A stretch of DNA of 39,305 nt from the NCBI GenBank assembly GCA_964356705.1, contig CAYHIN010000002.1, positions 1 through 39,305 of the forward strand. Reading direction: 5' to 3'. Within the stretch, counting starts at the first letter, position 1; every line of letters begins with the position of its first letter. The notes under the pieces are model-generated. The model saw only the letters and a program-made list of their open reading frames with translations. It made no database searches and was not told where the DNA came from. The stretch comes from an uncultured Gammaproteobacteria bacterium (GTDB taxonomy: Bacteria; Patescibacteriota; Microgenomatia; CAZETR01; Amesbacteraceae). Positions 1-6,941 of this stretch are shown here, in pieces. The position numbers and the translations under genes are program-made.

Positions 1-60
1 GTTCCAGGCAATAAACCCCGGTATAATCTCGAGTATTCTCCTTTGTCTTCTAGTCATAAT

Positions 61-129
61 GTCATCCTGAACGACCCCCCGGTCATCCTGAGCGCCACCC
101 CGTCATCCTGAGTGAAGCGAAGGATCCAG
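61..129. repeat. Three tandem heads of the GTCATCCTGAGC hairpin repeat family; only the third copy is complete
   Basis: GTCATCCTG starts at 61, 82 and 102 (spacing 21 and 20 nt). The third copy continues as GTCATCCTGAGTGAAGCGAAGGATCCAG (102-129). That copy supplies the last 9 codons and the stop of tatD on the minus strand. Confidence 0.8.
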
Positions 130-837
130 CTTAAATAATTTCACTGCATTTTCTGTCGTTATCTTGTCAATTGTATCAATACTTACCCCCCTTGTTTCAG
201 CCAAAACCTTTGCCACCAGCCGTACATTAGCCGGATTGTTTACTGATCCTCGCAAGGGTTCTGGGGCCAGATATGGACTATCTGTTTCTATTAGTAGTCT
301 ATCCTCAGGCACGGCCGAGGCGACCGCTCGCAAATCATGGCTGTTTTTGAAAGTCAGTATCCCCCCAAAACTTATATAACATCCCAGCCCCACAAACTTT
401 TTAGTCCACTCTTGATCTCCTGTCCAACAATGCATTTGGATGCCCCTTAGCACTTCGCGCTTAGCACTTAGCACTGAATACACTTTTTTAAACTGGTTTC
501 GACAGTGGACAACCAGAGGCAATCCAGTTTCTTTGGCGAGTTCAATGTTTACTTTGAATAATTGAACTTCCTCTTCACTATCCGAATCCAGTCCACATTC
601 CCCAATCGCCACCACTTTAGGCTCTTTTGTCATTCTGAGCAGCAGCGAAGAATCCAGTTCTTTACTCATTTCTTCAGGGTGAACTCCCACAGTAGCCCAG
701 ACGTTTGAATGTTTTTGCGCCAGCTCAATCGCCTTCTCGCTGCTCTCAAAATCTGCTCCACAGCAGATCATCTGCAGATCTAGACCTGCCCACATCTCCT
801 CTGGCACTTCATACAAATGACAATGTGCATCAATCAT
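103..837 (-). CDS. tatD: TatD-family metal-dependent hydrolase/DNase
   Basis: 244-aa ORF with MIDAHCHL at the N-terminus. Also carries GVHPEE, AIGECGLD, VVHCR, MHCWTG and ETDSPYL motifs typical of the TatD amidohydrolase fold. TGA stop at 103-105. Confidence 0.9.
   Translation of the reverse strand: MIDAHCHLYEVPEEMWAGLDLQMICCGADFESSEKAIELAQKHSNVWATVGVHPEEMSKELDSSLLLRMTKEPKVVAIGECGLDSDSEEEVQLFKVNIELAKETGLPLVVHCRNQFKKVYSVLSAKREVLRGIQMHCWTGDQEWTKKFVGLGCYISFGGILTFKNSHDLRAVASAVPEDRLLIETDSPYLAPEPLRGSVNNPANVRLVAKVLAETRGVSIDTIDKITTENAVKLFKLDPSLHSG
445..480. repeat. Heptamer-phased cassette (CTTAGCA/CTTCGCG/CTTAGCA/CTTAGCA/CTGAATA) inside tatD
   Basis: Direct reading of 446-480. The first 32 nt (445-476) match 12617-12648 at 28 of 32 positions. 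Confidence 0.85.
629..660. repeat. Hairpin repeat copy inside the tatD CDS
   Basis: GTCATTCTGAGCAGCAGCGAAGAATCCAGTTC aligns base for base with 844-875. The stem arms are ATTCT/AGAAT here versus ATCCT/AGGAT there, a compensatory change. Confidence 0.8.
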
Positions 838-843
838 AGTTTT

Positions 844-875
844 GTCATCCTGAGCATACGCGAAGGATCCAGTTC
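844..875. repeat. Hairpin repeat copy filling most of the metG-tatD intergenic gap
   Basis: GTCATCCTGAGCATACGCGAAGGATCCAGTTC lies between the tatD start (837) and the metG stop (874-876). The proposed stem is ATCCT-GAGC, loop, GCGA-AGGAT. Confidence 0.8.
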
Positions 876-2307
876 ATTTCAATCTCGGAAACAGCGGCTC
901 GCCCGCTTTTATATTTGGTCCTTCAAACTGATTCAATATTTTTTCAGCAGTCGACGGTAGGAACGGTCTCAAATTAAGAGAAATCAGATTTATACTATCC
1001 AAAAGTACTTTCAGTGTTTGAGTGAGCTCGTCTCCTTTTTGTGACCATGGTTTAGTTTGTTCAATAAAAGCATCCGTTTTCCCAATTATCTCCCAGATGT
1101 ATTCTAGAGCTTTATCAAATCTAAATTCTTCTAAGTGTTTGACGATCGCCGGATCCACAAAATCTTTTTTTTCTTTCACAGTTGGAAATTCCTGACCACT
1201 GTTTTCGCATAGCTTTGCAATTCTAGACACCAAATTCCCAAGTCCATTAGCCAGATTGGCATTATATATTTCCTTAAATCTTTCATTTGTGAAATCTCCA
1301 TCTTCCGAGGTGGGGATCTGCGACAACATAAAGTATCTGACAGCTTCCAGCCCAAACTCGTCAGCGAGGTCTTTAGGATGAATCCCATTACCAATCGACT
1401 TACTGATCTTTAGTCCTCCCACAATTACAAAGCTGTGTACAAATACACATTTAGGTAAAGCAATTCCAGCGGATAGCAACATTGCCGGCCAATACACGGT
1501 ATGGAATCGATTGATGTCTTTGCCAATTACATGCACGTCAGCAGGCCACCACTTTTTCCAAAGTGCTTCATCCCATCCATATCCAATTCCTGTCATATAG
1601 ATATTGAGGGCGTCAAACCATACGTAGATCACTTGATTTGGGTCATTTGGCACTGGTACTCCGACGCCCCGTGCTCTTTTCACAGATCTAGATATGCTGA
1701 AGTCCTCAAGACCTGATTTTATAAATGACAGCATTTCAGATTTTTTGTTCTCTGGAGTAATCCGTAATTCTCCACTTTCAATGAGATCAATTAGTTTTTG
1801 TTGGTACTTACTTAGTTTAAAAAAATAATTCTCCTCATCCACTAGTTCTGGTTTCTTTTGGTGTTCCGGACAGATTCCGTCCACAAGCTCCTTCTCAGTC
1901 TTAAAGCTCTCGCAACCCACACAATAATATCCCTTGTAGGTTTTTTTATAGATATCTCCGTTATCAAAGCATAAGTTCCACAGTTTCTGTACCCCTGGCC
2001 AGTGCTTCTCTTGGTCAGACCCTCTCTGAAATACATCTAGAGGTACTCCCAGATCGTTATAAATGTCATGCCAGATTTTGGAATATTTATCTAGATATTC
2101 CTGGGTTGGCAGTCCTTCTTTTTCAGCCGCCTGGACATTTTTCAATGCATTTTCGTCCGCGCCCGAAAGGAGCAATGTCTCTTCGCCCAACAACTGGTGA
2201 TATCTCCGAATTGTGTCCGCCTGAAAATATTCCAAGCTATGCCCCACGTGCGGCGACCCATTCACGTACGGGATCGCAGTCGTAATATAAAACTTTTTTG
2301 TAGTCAC
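874..2307 (-). CDS. metG: Methionyl-tRNA synthetase (short form, no C-terminal tRNA-binding extension)
   Basis: 477-aa ORF with class I HIGH-type motif (PYVNGSPHVGH) and KMSKS-type motif (KISKSIGN). It has a Cys knuckle (CVGC...CPEH) and the conserved WFDAL segment. The start is GTG at 2307. Confidence 0.95.
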   Translation of the reverse strand: MTTKKFYITTAIPYVNGSPHVGHSLEYFQADTIRRYHQLLGEETLLLSGADENALKNVQAAEKEGLPTQEYLDKYSKIWHDIYNDLGVPLDVFQRGSDQEKHWPGVQKLWNLCFDNGDIYKKTYKGYYCVGCESFKTEKELVDGICPEHQKKPELVDEENYFFKLSKYQQKLIDLIESGELRITPENKKSEMLSFIKSGLEDFSISRSVKRARGVGVPVPNDPNQVIYVWFDALNIYMTGIGYGWDEALWKKWWPADVHVIGKDINRFHTVYWPAMLLSAGIALPKCVFVHSFVIVGGLKISKSIGNGIHPKDLADEFGLEAVRYFMLSQIPTSEDGDFTNERFKEIYNANLANGLGNLVSRIAKLCENSGQEFPTVKEKKDFVDPAIVKHLEEFRFDKALEYIWEIIGKTDAFIEQTKPWSQKGDELTQTLKVLLDSINLISLNLRPFLPSTAEKILNQFEGPNIKAGEPLFPRLK

Positions 2308-2334
2308 GTTTGTTTTATTTTAACTCAAAATAAC

Positions 2335-2355
2335 AAAAAAACCGCCTCTCGGCGG
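2335..2355 (-). terminator. Intrinsic terminator-like hairpin 27 nt upstream of the metG start
   Basis: The minus strand reads CCGCC-GAGA-GGCGG followed by seven T. The stem is 5 bp, all G:C pairs, with a GNRA-type loop. Confidence 0.55.
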
Positions 2356-2381
2356 ATCTCTGACAACGTCAAATACCGCCT

Positions 2382-2423
2382 TTAAGCGAGCACTTGCATC
2401 ATCATGTAACTTCTGGTGGCCAT
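2382..2423 (-). CDS. Candidate 13-codon leader peptide MATRSYMMMQVLA
   Basis: The ATG at 2423 lies 8 nt after a TATAAT box. The frame carries three consecutive ATG codons and ends at TAA, 1 nt before the first GGCGG arm. No homology support is possible for an ORF this short. Confidence 0.3.
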   Translation of the reverse strand: MATRSYMMMQVLA

Positions 2424-2430
2424 AAGATGG

Positions 2431-2459
2431 ATTATATAACTATCTAACTTAACTGGCAA
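2431..2459 (-). promoter_or_regulatory. Sigma70-like promoter TTGCCA-N17-TATAAT
   Basis: On the minus strand, -35 TTGCCA sits at 2459-2454 and -10 TATAAT at 2436-2431, separated by a 17-nt spacer. The promoter lies downstream of the TrpR-like gene stop. Confidence 0.55.
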
Positions 2460-2479
2460 ACTGGATTACTGACAACTGA

Positions 2480-2845
2480 TCAACTCTCACGTCGAAGTTT
2501 AAACATTTTTTTAATTGTCTCTTCGGCGTGAGTAGCCCATTCCTCTGCCATTATTTTTTTCAGCGCCATCTTCCACCCCTCACTTTTAAGTCCTTGTTGC
2601 ACCACAGCCACCGTAGCGGACGATACTTTCAGATTTTGTTTTATATTTTCATAGCTTCTTTTTTTAGTTAGCCAATATCCGACCGCCAGTCTCTTAGATA
2701 TTGCCGACAGTTCAGTAGTCGTCAGGATTGCCGCCATTATTTTTTCGGCTTCCTCTGGGGTTTTTATGTCAGCCAGCAATTGGTTCCACATTTGCGTCAC
2801 CTGTTTTTCCAGCAGATTATTTACTTTTCTTTTCGAGACTTGCAT
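2480..2845 (-). CDS. TrpR-related YerC/YecD-family DNA-binding protein
   Basis: 121-aa ORF. The segment ELSAISKRLAVGYWLTKKRSYENIKQNLKVSSATVAVV resembles the Trp-repressor-like helix-turn-helix of YerC/YecD proteins. Confidence 0.75.
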   Translation of the reverse strand: MQVSKRKVNNLLEKQVTQMWNQLLADIKTPEEAEKIMAAILTTTELSAISKRLAVGYWLTKKRSYENIKQNLKVSSATVAVVQQGLKSEGWKMALKKIMAEEWATHAEETIKKMFKLRRES

Positions 2846-2861
2846 TGCCGCGAAGTCTACT

Positions 2862-3182
2862 TCAATTGACTAAACTTATCAACCCCACCAAGACCAGTAG
2901 CACCCCAAAGCTTATCCAGTTCAGATACCCGATTCTATTCATGATCAGAAGATACAGTATTGCCAGAGTTACGACCCCTCCCCACTTTTTGCTTTTACAT
3001 ATCCAAGCCGAGAGAAAAAATATCCAGATGGCAACGAGTATCATCACCCCTGTCTCCACCCACATGTTTCCGGGTGGAAGTTTAAATATCAAAATCAGGC
3101 TGACCACAAAGACAACTGCGGCAATACATAGTCCCACAATTTGTCTTTTCTTCGGATCAGCGTTATATTTGTTTCTAGACAT
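2862..3182 (-). CDS. Small membrane protein (three predicted TM helices)
   Basis: This is the C-terminal 106 codons of the 206-aa ORF, starting at MSRNKYNADPKK. The upstream part of that ORF overlaps rmuC and looks non-coding. The start codon choice is uncertain. Confidence 0.45.
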   Translation of the reverse strand: MSRNKYNADPKKRQIVGLCIAAVVFVVSLILIFKLPPGNMWVETGVMILVAIWIFFLSAWICKSKKWGGVVTLAILYLLIMNRIGYLNWISFGVLLVLVGLISLVN

Positions 3183-4032
3183 GAATACTGCCCTTATTCT
3201 AGCAATTATTATCCTCGGCTTTTTAGTCAGTCTGTTTCTTATTCGCAGGTGGCTCACGCAGCCAAAGTCCTCTGATCCTGCGGTAACTTCTTGGCTCTCC
3301 TCAGTCCAGTCTTCTCTAGACAGTTCCACTCGTCTCATGGCCGATGTCCAGCGGTCACTAGGTGAGATGTCCGAGGTGGGCCGCGGCATCAAGTCTCTCC
3401 AGGACTTTCTGGCTTCACCCAAATTGCGGGGTGGTCTAGGGGAAGAGATCTTGTCCCAGATGATCGGCGAGAGTTTTCCCAAAAACGCTTTTCATCTTCA
3501 GTATTCGTTTAAGTCCGGGGTAAAAGTCGATGCGGTCCTCAAGACGGATGCTGGGTTGCTGTGCATTGACTCAAAGTTTCCCACCCAAGAGTTTGTGGTG
3601 TCAGATATCAAAAAGCATATTTCCGATATCGCCAGAAAATATATCCTGCCCGAGGAAGGCACCATGGATTTTGCCCTCATGTATATTCCCTCAGAGAGTA
3701 TTTATTACGAGGTAGTGAGCAGCCGCGAGCTCACCAAGTTTTCCCGCGATCTTAGAGTCTATCCCGTTTCCCCAAACACTCTTTACGCCCATCTTCAGGT
3801 CTTGCTTCAGTCTCTTCAAGGAAAGGAATTGGAGGCCAAGTCTCGCCAGATATTGCAGACTCTGCGCGCCGCCCAAAAAGATTACGATCACCTGACTGAA
3901 AACATGGGAGTCCTCAATCGTCATCTGACCAACGCCTTCAACCAAATGAGTAATGTTAGTAACAGCGCAAACACCCTGGGTCAAAAACTGACCCACACCC
4001 ACATGCTAGAATCTGCTCATGAACAATCTTGA
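3181..4032 (+). CDS. rmuC: DNA recombination protein RmuC (short form)
   Basis: It starts at MNTALILAIIILGF, an N-terminal TM helix as in RmuC proteins. Further RmuC-like motifs are LCIDSKFP, RKYILPEEGTMDFALMYIPSESIYYEV and VYPVSPNTLYAHL. The 5' 453 nt of the track ORF 2728..4032 are rejected as coding. Confidence 0.8.
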   Translation: MNTALILAIIILGFLVSLFLIRRWLTQPKSSDPAVTSWLSSVQSSLDSSTRLMADVQRSLGEMSEVGRGIKSLQDFLASPKLRGGLGEEILSQMIGESFPKNAFHLQYSFKSGVKVDAVLKTDAGLLCIDSKFPTQEFVVSDIKKHISDIARKYILPEEGTMDFALMYIPSESIYYEVVSSRELTKFSRDLRVYPVSPNTLYAHLQVLLQSLQGKELEAKSRQILQTLRAAQKDYDHLTENMGVLNRHLTNAFNQMSNVSNSANTLGQKLTHTHMLESAHEQS

Positions 4033-4897
4033 TCTAATTTATACAATCACCTCTGACAAACTTCGTCTCCCGGGCATTCACTTTATTCCAGAGAATCCTA
4101 CAGATATATGTCTATTAGTAATTCACGGCATGAGTGGCAACATTCTGGAAAATTATTGGGGTGATGTATTAGGGCGGTATGCAGTTTCTCAAGGCGTAGG
4201 TTGCATCTTTTCTCACAATAGAGGATTTGGTCAGATCAGCGATCCCTCGTATGTTAATTCCAGCAAAAATCTGCACGCCGGAGCTGTGTATGAGAGATTT
4301 TCAGATTGTGTTTTGGATATCGATTCTTGGGTGGGTACTACCAGGAGTTTGGGTTACTCTAGAATAATTCTTCTAGGTCACAGCCTCGGTGGTCCAAAAG
4401 TAATCAAATATATGAGTGAGAAAAATCCCACAGAGATCGTCAAGGTGATTCTCGCATCCGCAGCAGACATGGTAGGTCTATTCTATAAAGATGAACCAAA
4501 CGCGGCAGCATTAATGTCAGAGGCACAGAGTAACATTTCGTCGGATCAACCAGAAAAACTACTTTCATCAAAGATTTGGGATTGGTATTTCTTGAGTTCG
4601 CAGACTCTAGTCGACTTATTCAGTGAGCATGGTCCAGCTGATCTGCTTCCAATTATTCGAAACCCTGATGTTTACCCAGAGCTCGCATCGATAAAAGTTC
4701 CCGTGCTTGCTTTCTATGGTGAGCACGACGATTCATATGTTCTCTCTACTCCTCAAGCCGACTTAGATCGAATGAAATCCAAAGCAACAAACACACCCAC
4801 ATTTACAACCGCCATCATCCCGGGTGCAAACCACGTTTATTTGGATAAAGAAAAAGAAATGTCAGCAGTTGTACTGTCGTGGATAAAGTCGCAATGA
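4019..4897 (+). CDS. Alpha/beta-fold hydrolase
   Basis: 292-aa ORF with the nucleophile elbow GHSLGG, an LVIHG oxyanion region, and late acidic and His residues (GEHDD, ANHVY). Confidence 0.8.
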   Translation: MNNLDLIYTITSDKLRLPGIHFIPENPTDICLLVIHGMSGNILENYWGDVLGRYAVSQGVGCIFSHNRGFGQISDPSYVNSSKNLHAGAVYERFSDCVLDIDSWVGTTRSLGYSRIILLGHSLGGPKVIKYMSEKNPTEIVKVILASAADMVGLFYKDEPNAAALMSEAQSNISSDQPEKLLSSKIWDWYFLSSQTLVDLFSEHGPADLLPIIRNPDVYPELASIKVPVLAFYGEHDDSYVLSTPQADLDRMKSKATNTPTFTTAIIPGANHVYLDKEKEMSAVVLSWIKSQ

Positions 4898-5409
4898 ATC
4901 TAGATCTAACTCAATACAAAATAAGCCCACTCAGTATGGTCTTTCTGATTCAAGGCGACCAGATCCTGGTTCTCAGAAGAGCAGCAAATAAGCAAATTTT
5001 TCCAAACAAACTTTCAGGCTTTGGTGGCAAGATCGAGCCAGGTGAAGAATTATATTTAGCTGCAAACCGTGAATTTACAGAGGAAACAGGTCTCACAATC
5101 ACAGATCTAAAACTAAAAGGAAATTTCATCGTTTTTATGGGTAATGGCTTTGTGAATATTTTATATATTTTTGTCGGAACTCGATTTACAGGTGATTTAA
5201 TTACCAGTTCCGACGAAGGCACCATCTCCTGGATGGGTATTCAGGATTTTCTATCCTCACCCGACCGCGTTGATCATATTGGATACTATTTGGAAAAAGT
5301 AATCAAAGAAAACTCTGATCTGTACGTAGGAGTCGCCGTCCGTGAAGACGGAGTGATCACAAGTTACAATGACAACTCCGGCCACTTCGCAGACAGAAAT
5401 AAATCATGA
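4879..5409 (+). CDS. NUDIX hydrolase
   Basis: Nudix box GGKIEPGEELYLAANREFTEETGL, matching the pattern GX5EX7REUXEEXGU. Confidence 0.85.
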   Translation: MDKVAMNLDLTQYKISPLSMVFLIQGDQILVLRRAANKQIFPNKLSGFGGKIEPGEELYLAANREFTEETGLTITDLKLKGNFIVFMGNGFVNILYIFVGTRFTGDLITSSDEGTISWMGIQDFLSSPDRVDHIGYYLEKVIKENSDLYVGVAVREDGVITSYNDNSGHFADRNKS

Positions 5410-5876
5410 GTACTCAGTCTCTAATATCAAAATTGAAACCAGGAGTATTCATTTTGGTAAACGAAAAGAAATACGAAATTCTTCAACACATCGTTTGGTA
5501 TCAAGCCAAATGTGGAGAGAATTACGATAAGTATGTCCTAGGAGATGAGTCCGGGAACCATGAATACAGACTTTTCATTTCAGGAGACATTATTGGAATC
5601 TCAACAATATTCCATCATCCATTCCAAGAGCCAATGCCTAAAGAGTTAAATTTCGAGGGAAAGAGTTATCGACTGACTCAAGACGAATTTTGTGTTGTCA
5701 GATTGGTAGAAGGTCAAGAATTTTATAAAACAGGAGATGCAGAAATCTGGTGGGACTATGCACCAGTTGACGGTCACGGAGAAGGTCTCAGTTTAGGACG
5801 AAATTGGGATACTTGGGAACGTGAAGATCTGAGGACTCAGGAATTAAGCATCACGGACATACAAGTACAGGAATAA
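5406..5876 (+). CDS. Hypothetical protein (possibly DUF4178-like two-repeat beta protein)
   Basis: 156-aa ORF whose start and stop overlap its neighbours by 4 and 1 nt. It shows weak internal duplication (KKYEIL... / GKSYRLT...). No diagnostic motif was found. Confidence 0.55.
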   Translation: MSTQSLISKLKPGVFILVNEKKYEILQHIVWYQAKCGENYDKYVLGDESGNHEYRLFISGDIIGISTIFHHPFQEPMPKELNFEGKSYRLTQDEFCVVRLVEGQEFYKTGDAEIWWDYAPVDGHGEGLSLGRNWDTWEREDLRTQELSITDIQVQE

Positions 5877-6196
5877 TGAAATCATCCGCCTCGATTGATT
5901 ATCTTAAAGAAGAGGTATTCAGAGACATCTCAGGTCTTACGTATCGCCCAATGTTTGGCGGAGTTTGTATCTACAAAGATGGTGTTGCTTGCGGCATGCT
6001 AGCTGACGACATTTTGTATTTCAAAGTGGGGGACAACAACAGACCAGATTACGAAGCCGCCGGCAGCAAGCCATTTGAATATTCAATGAAAGGCAAGACT
6101 TACAAAATGTCATATTGGGAGGTTCCCCAGGAAGTTTTGGACGATTCTGATAAACTAAAAGTATGGCTAAAAAAGTCACTCGAGACAAAAAAGTAA
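5876..6196 (+). CDS. TfoX N-terminal domain protein
   Basis: RPMFGGVCIYKDGVACGMLADDILYFKVGD matches the TfoX_N signature (MFGG...DG..F....D..LYLK). The start overlaps the upstream stop in a TAATG junction. Confidence 0.8.
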   Translation: MKSSASIDYLKEEVFRDISGLTYRPMFGGVCIYKDGVACGMLADDILYFKVGDNNRPDYEAAGSKPFEYSMKGKTYKMSYWEVPQEVLDDSDKLKVWLKKSLETKK

Positions 6197-6438
6197 TCTG
6201 GTTCAAGGCCAAGCCTTACGGTTGGGGCTGGTACCCATCTACTTGGCAAGGCTGGGCAATCTTAGCCGGTTTCATCTTTATCTCAGTCTGTGATTATTAC
6301 CGTATTGCATCTACTTCTCAGTCCGATAGAGACATCATTGTCAACTTTATTCCCAGCATCTTTCTCTATTCCATCATTTTAATTATCATCTGTTACCTCA
6401 CCGGCGAAAAACCCAGATGGAGATGGGGAAATAAATAA
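6163..6438 (+). CDS. Small membrane protein
   Basis: 91-aa ORF with two hydrophobic helices and a W/G-rich N-terminus (KPYGWGWYPSTWQGW). The start is uncertain because it overlaps the TfoX-like gene by 34 nt. Confidence 0.55.
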   Translation: MAKKVTRDKKVIWFKAKPYGWGWYPSTWQGWAILAGFIFISVCDYYRIASTSQSDRDIIVNFIPSIFLYSIILIIICYLTGEKPRWRWGNK

Positions 6439-6926
6439 TGTTTGTTCCTCAGATTCTTTCAGACGAAGCAACAGCCAAAAAAGTAGGCGAGTTCTTGACC
6501 GGACCAAACGCATTCGATCAGACCTGGGCACCGAACGAAAAAGCCATAGTAGTTCAAGCGCCAATCGACAGTCTCACTGGCCACAACCATCGCTATTGGT
6601 TCATAGAGGACAAAGGAGAGATTATTGCAGCCATCGGTGTTCGAGAAAATAAATACGGCAGTGGAGGATATGAAATGGACTCTGATTATGTTTCTGTGCA
6701 CCGCAATTATCGCGGCCAGGGAATAGCGTCTTCGCTCATCAAAACAATGGAAGATTATGTCAAAGAACATGGTGGGAGATATATCCATGTTCTTACTTGT
6801 GATATAGATTCGTATCTCCCCGCCAGAAAGTTATATGAAAAACATGGTTATGTCCAAGTCGCCAAAATCCCAGATTATTATGTAAAAGGGGAAGGAAGAA
6901 TAGATTATTTTAAAACGATTCAATAA
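6438..6926 (+). CDS. GNAT-family N-acetyltransferase
   Basis: Acetyl-CoA motif A is present as HRNYRGQGIASSLI (R/Q-x-x-G-x-G/A). The C-terminal KLYEKHGY is typical of the family. Confidence 0.85.
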   Translation: MFVPQILSDEATAKKVGEFLTGPNAFDQTWAPNEKAIVVQAPIDSLTGHNHRYWFIEDKGEIIAAIGVRENKYGSGGYEMDSDYVSVHRNYRGQGIASSLIKTMEDYVKEHGGRYIHVLTCDIDSYLPARKLYEKHGYVQVAKIPDYYVKGEGRIDYFKTIQ

Positions 6927-6928
6927 GT

Positions 6929-6934
6929 TATAAT
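6929..6934 (+). promoter_or_regulatory. -10 box TATAAT located 7 nt before the ATG at 6942 (leaderless geometry)
   Basis: The sequence reads TATAAT-cgcacct-ATG directly. No convincing -35 box was seen. Confidence 0.45.
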
Positions 6935-6941
6935 CGCACCT

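Noticed and set aside
61-129. Mini CRISPR array (three GTCATCCTGA repeats at 20-21-nt spacing)
   Set aside because: The units are contiguous and there are no spacers. There are only three copies, no cas genes are present, and the same motif occurs dispersed at 629 and 844. It is better described as a REP-like hairpin family.
893-912. Plus-strand hairpin AGCGG-ctcgc-CCGCT followed by TTTT as a terminator
   Set aside because: It lies inside the 3' end of the minus-strand metG CDS, and no plus-strand gene lies upstream. On the coding strand it is followed by no U-tract, and tatD follows in the same operon.
1791-1818. TTAGTTT ... TTAGTTT at a 21-nt offset in metG as another heptamer cassette
   Set aside because: This is only a single 7-mer match at a fixed offset, and about 2-3 such matches are expected by chance in this window. 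The intervening heptamers are not related. The segment encodes a conserved MetRS region (FFKLSKYQQKL).
2308-2480. T-box riboswitch upstream of metG
   Set aside because: The region is too short for a typical T-box leader. It lacks the conserved T-box sequence (AANNNGGGUGGUACCGCG); only a loose resemblance, AAAGGCGGUAU, is present. I could not identify a stem I or specifier-loop architecture. The leader-peptide model fits better.
2728-3180. N-terminal 151 codons of the 434-aa track ORF as part of RmuC
   Set aside because: The translation is low-complexity and Pro/Leu-rich. The stretch overlaps the TrpR-like gene and the small membrane-protein gene on the other strand. RmuC homology, including the expected N-terminal TM helix, begins at the ATG at 3181.
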